A DNA stretch of 64,000 nucleotides from Camelus dromedarius. Its lineage: Eukaryota. Position 1 is the first letter of the stretch. Each line of letters starts with the position of its first letter. The stretch spans positions 53,942,001-54,006,000 of the forward strand of contig NC_087437.1 in assembly GCF_036321535.1 (NCBI RefSeq), read 5' to 3'. Both the position numbers and the translations under genes were made by a program. Below the pieces are notes generated by a model, which was not told where the DNA came from, ran no database searches, and saw nothing but the letters and a program-made list of their open reading frames with translations. Shown here in pieces: positions 63,738-64,000 of the stretch.

Positions 63738-63900
63738 TTAGAGTTGGGTTTTGAAGCATGAATTGGAGTTTCACTTTAAAACAGGGAAAGTCAGTTCAAA
63801 CATTGATATCACATGAGCAAAAACACAGACCCATGATGCTTGGTGGACTTGGGGAAATATAAGCTGTTCATTGTGACTGGAGAGAAAAGCACAAAGTGGG
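63738..63900 (-). mobile_element. Degenerate L2 fragment (probable donor of the 55-bp insert at 62368)
   Basis: 'gagttgggttttgaagcatgaattggagttt...catgagcaaaaacacag...gttcattgtgactggag' resembles antisense L2. Confidence 0.6.
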
Positions 63901-64000
63901 CATATCTCTGAATAGGGCTGAATAGTAACTGTTCATTTCTGAATCCTAAATCTCTGTTTCTTCTTTTATCAAATTAGGCACACATCTTGGAAATTTTCCC

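Noticed and set aside
1..64000. CRISPR arrays, operons, tRNA/rRNA genes, CpG-island promoter, novel multi-gene system
   Set aside because: None seen; the sequence is mammalian repeat-rich non-coding DNA. Short real exons could still be missed without homology or RNA data

Overview
Mammalian non-coding DNA (intergenic or deep intronic), about 40% GC by eye, with no confidently recognisable host gene, RNA gene or CpG island. Roughly half is transposon debris: many MIR and L2 fragments, old L1M/HAL1-type segments, DNA transposons (MER58A, MER5A, MER81, MER103-like) and solo LTRs (MER67-, MER31-, LTR16C-, MLT1-, MER54/74-like, plus two apparently lineage-specific ones). Two young L1 3' ends look cetartiodactyl-type, and I saw no Alu, B1/B2, CHR, Bov-A, PRE-1 or Can-SINE, so a camelid is my tentative guess. 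The most unusual structure is a ~400-bp inverted duplication (35022-35442 vs 44029-44460, ~88% identical by hand alignment) whose second copy interrupts an L2. A second 55-bp local copy (63761-63815 copied into an L1 at 62368-62422) has similar divergence; both look like templated insertions. Also present: a young CpG-rich solo LTR with a perfect TSD, a twin-primed L1 insertion and several enhancer-like unique blocks. I found no convincing novel multi-gene system. Repeat family names come from my recall of consensus sequences, not a database search; boundaries without a TSD are approximate.
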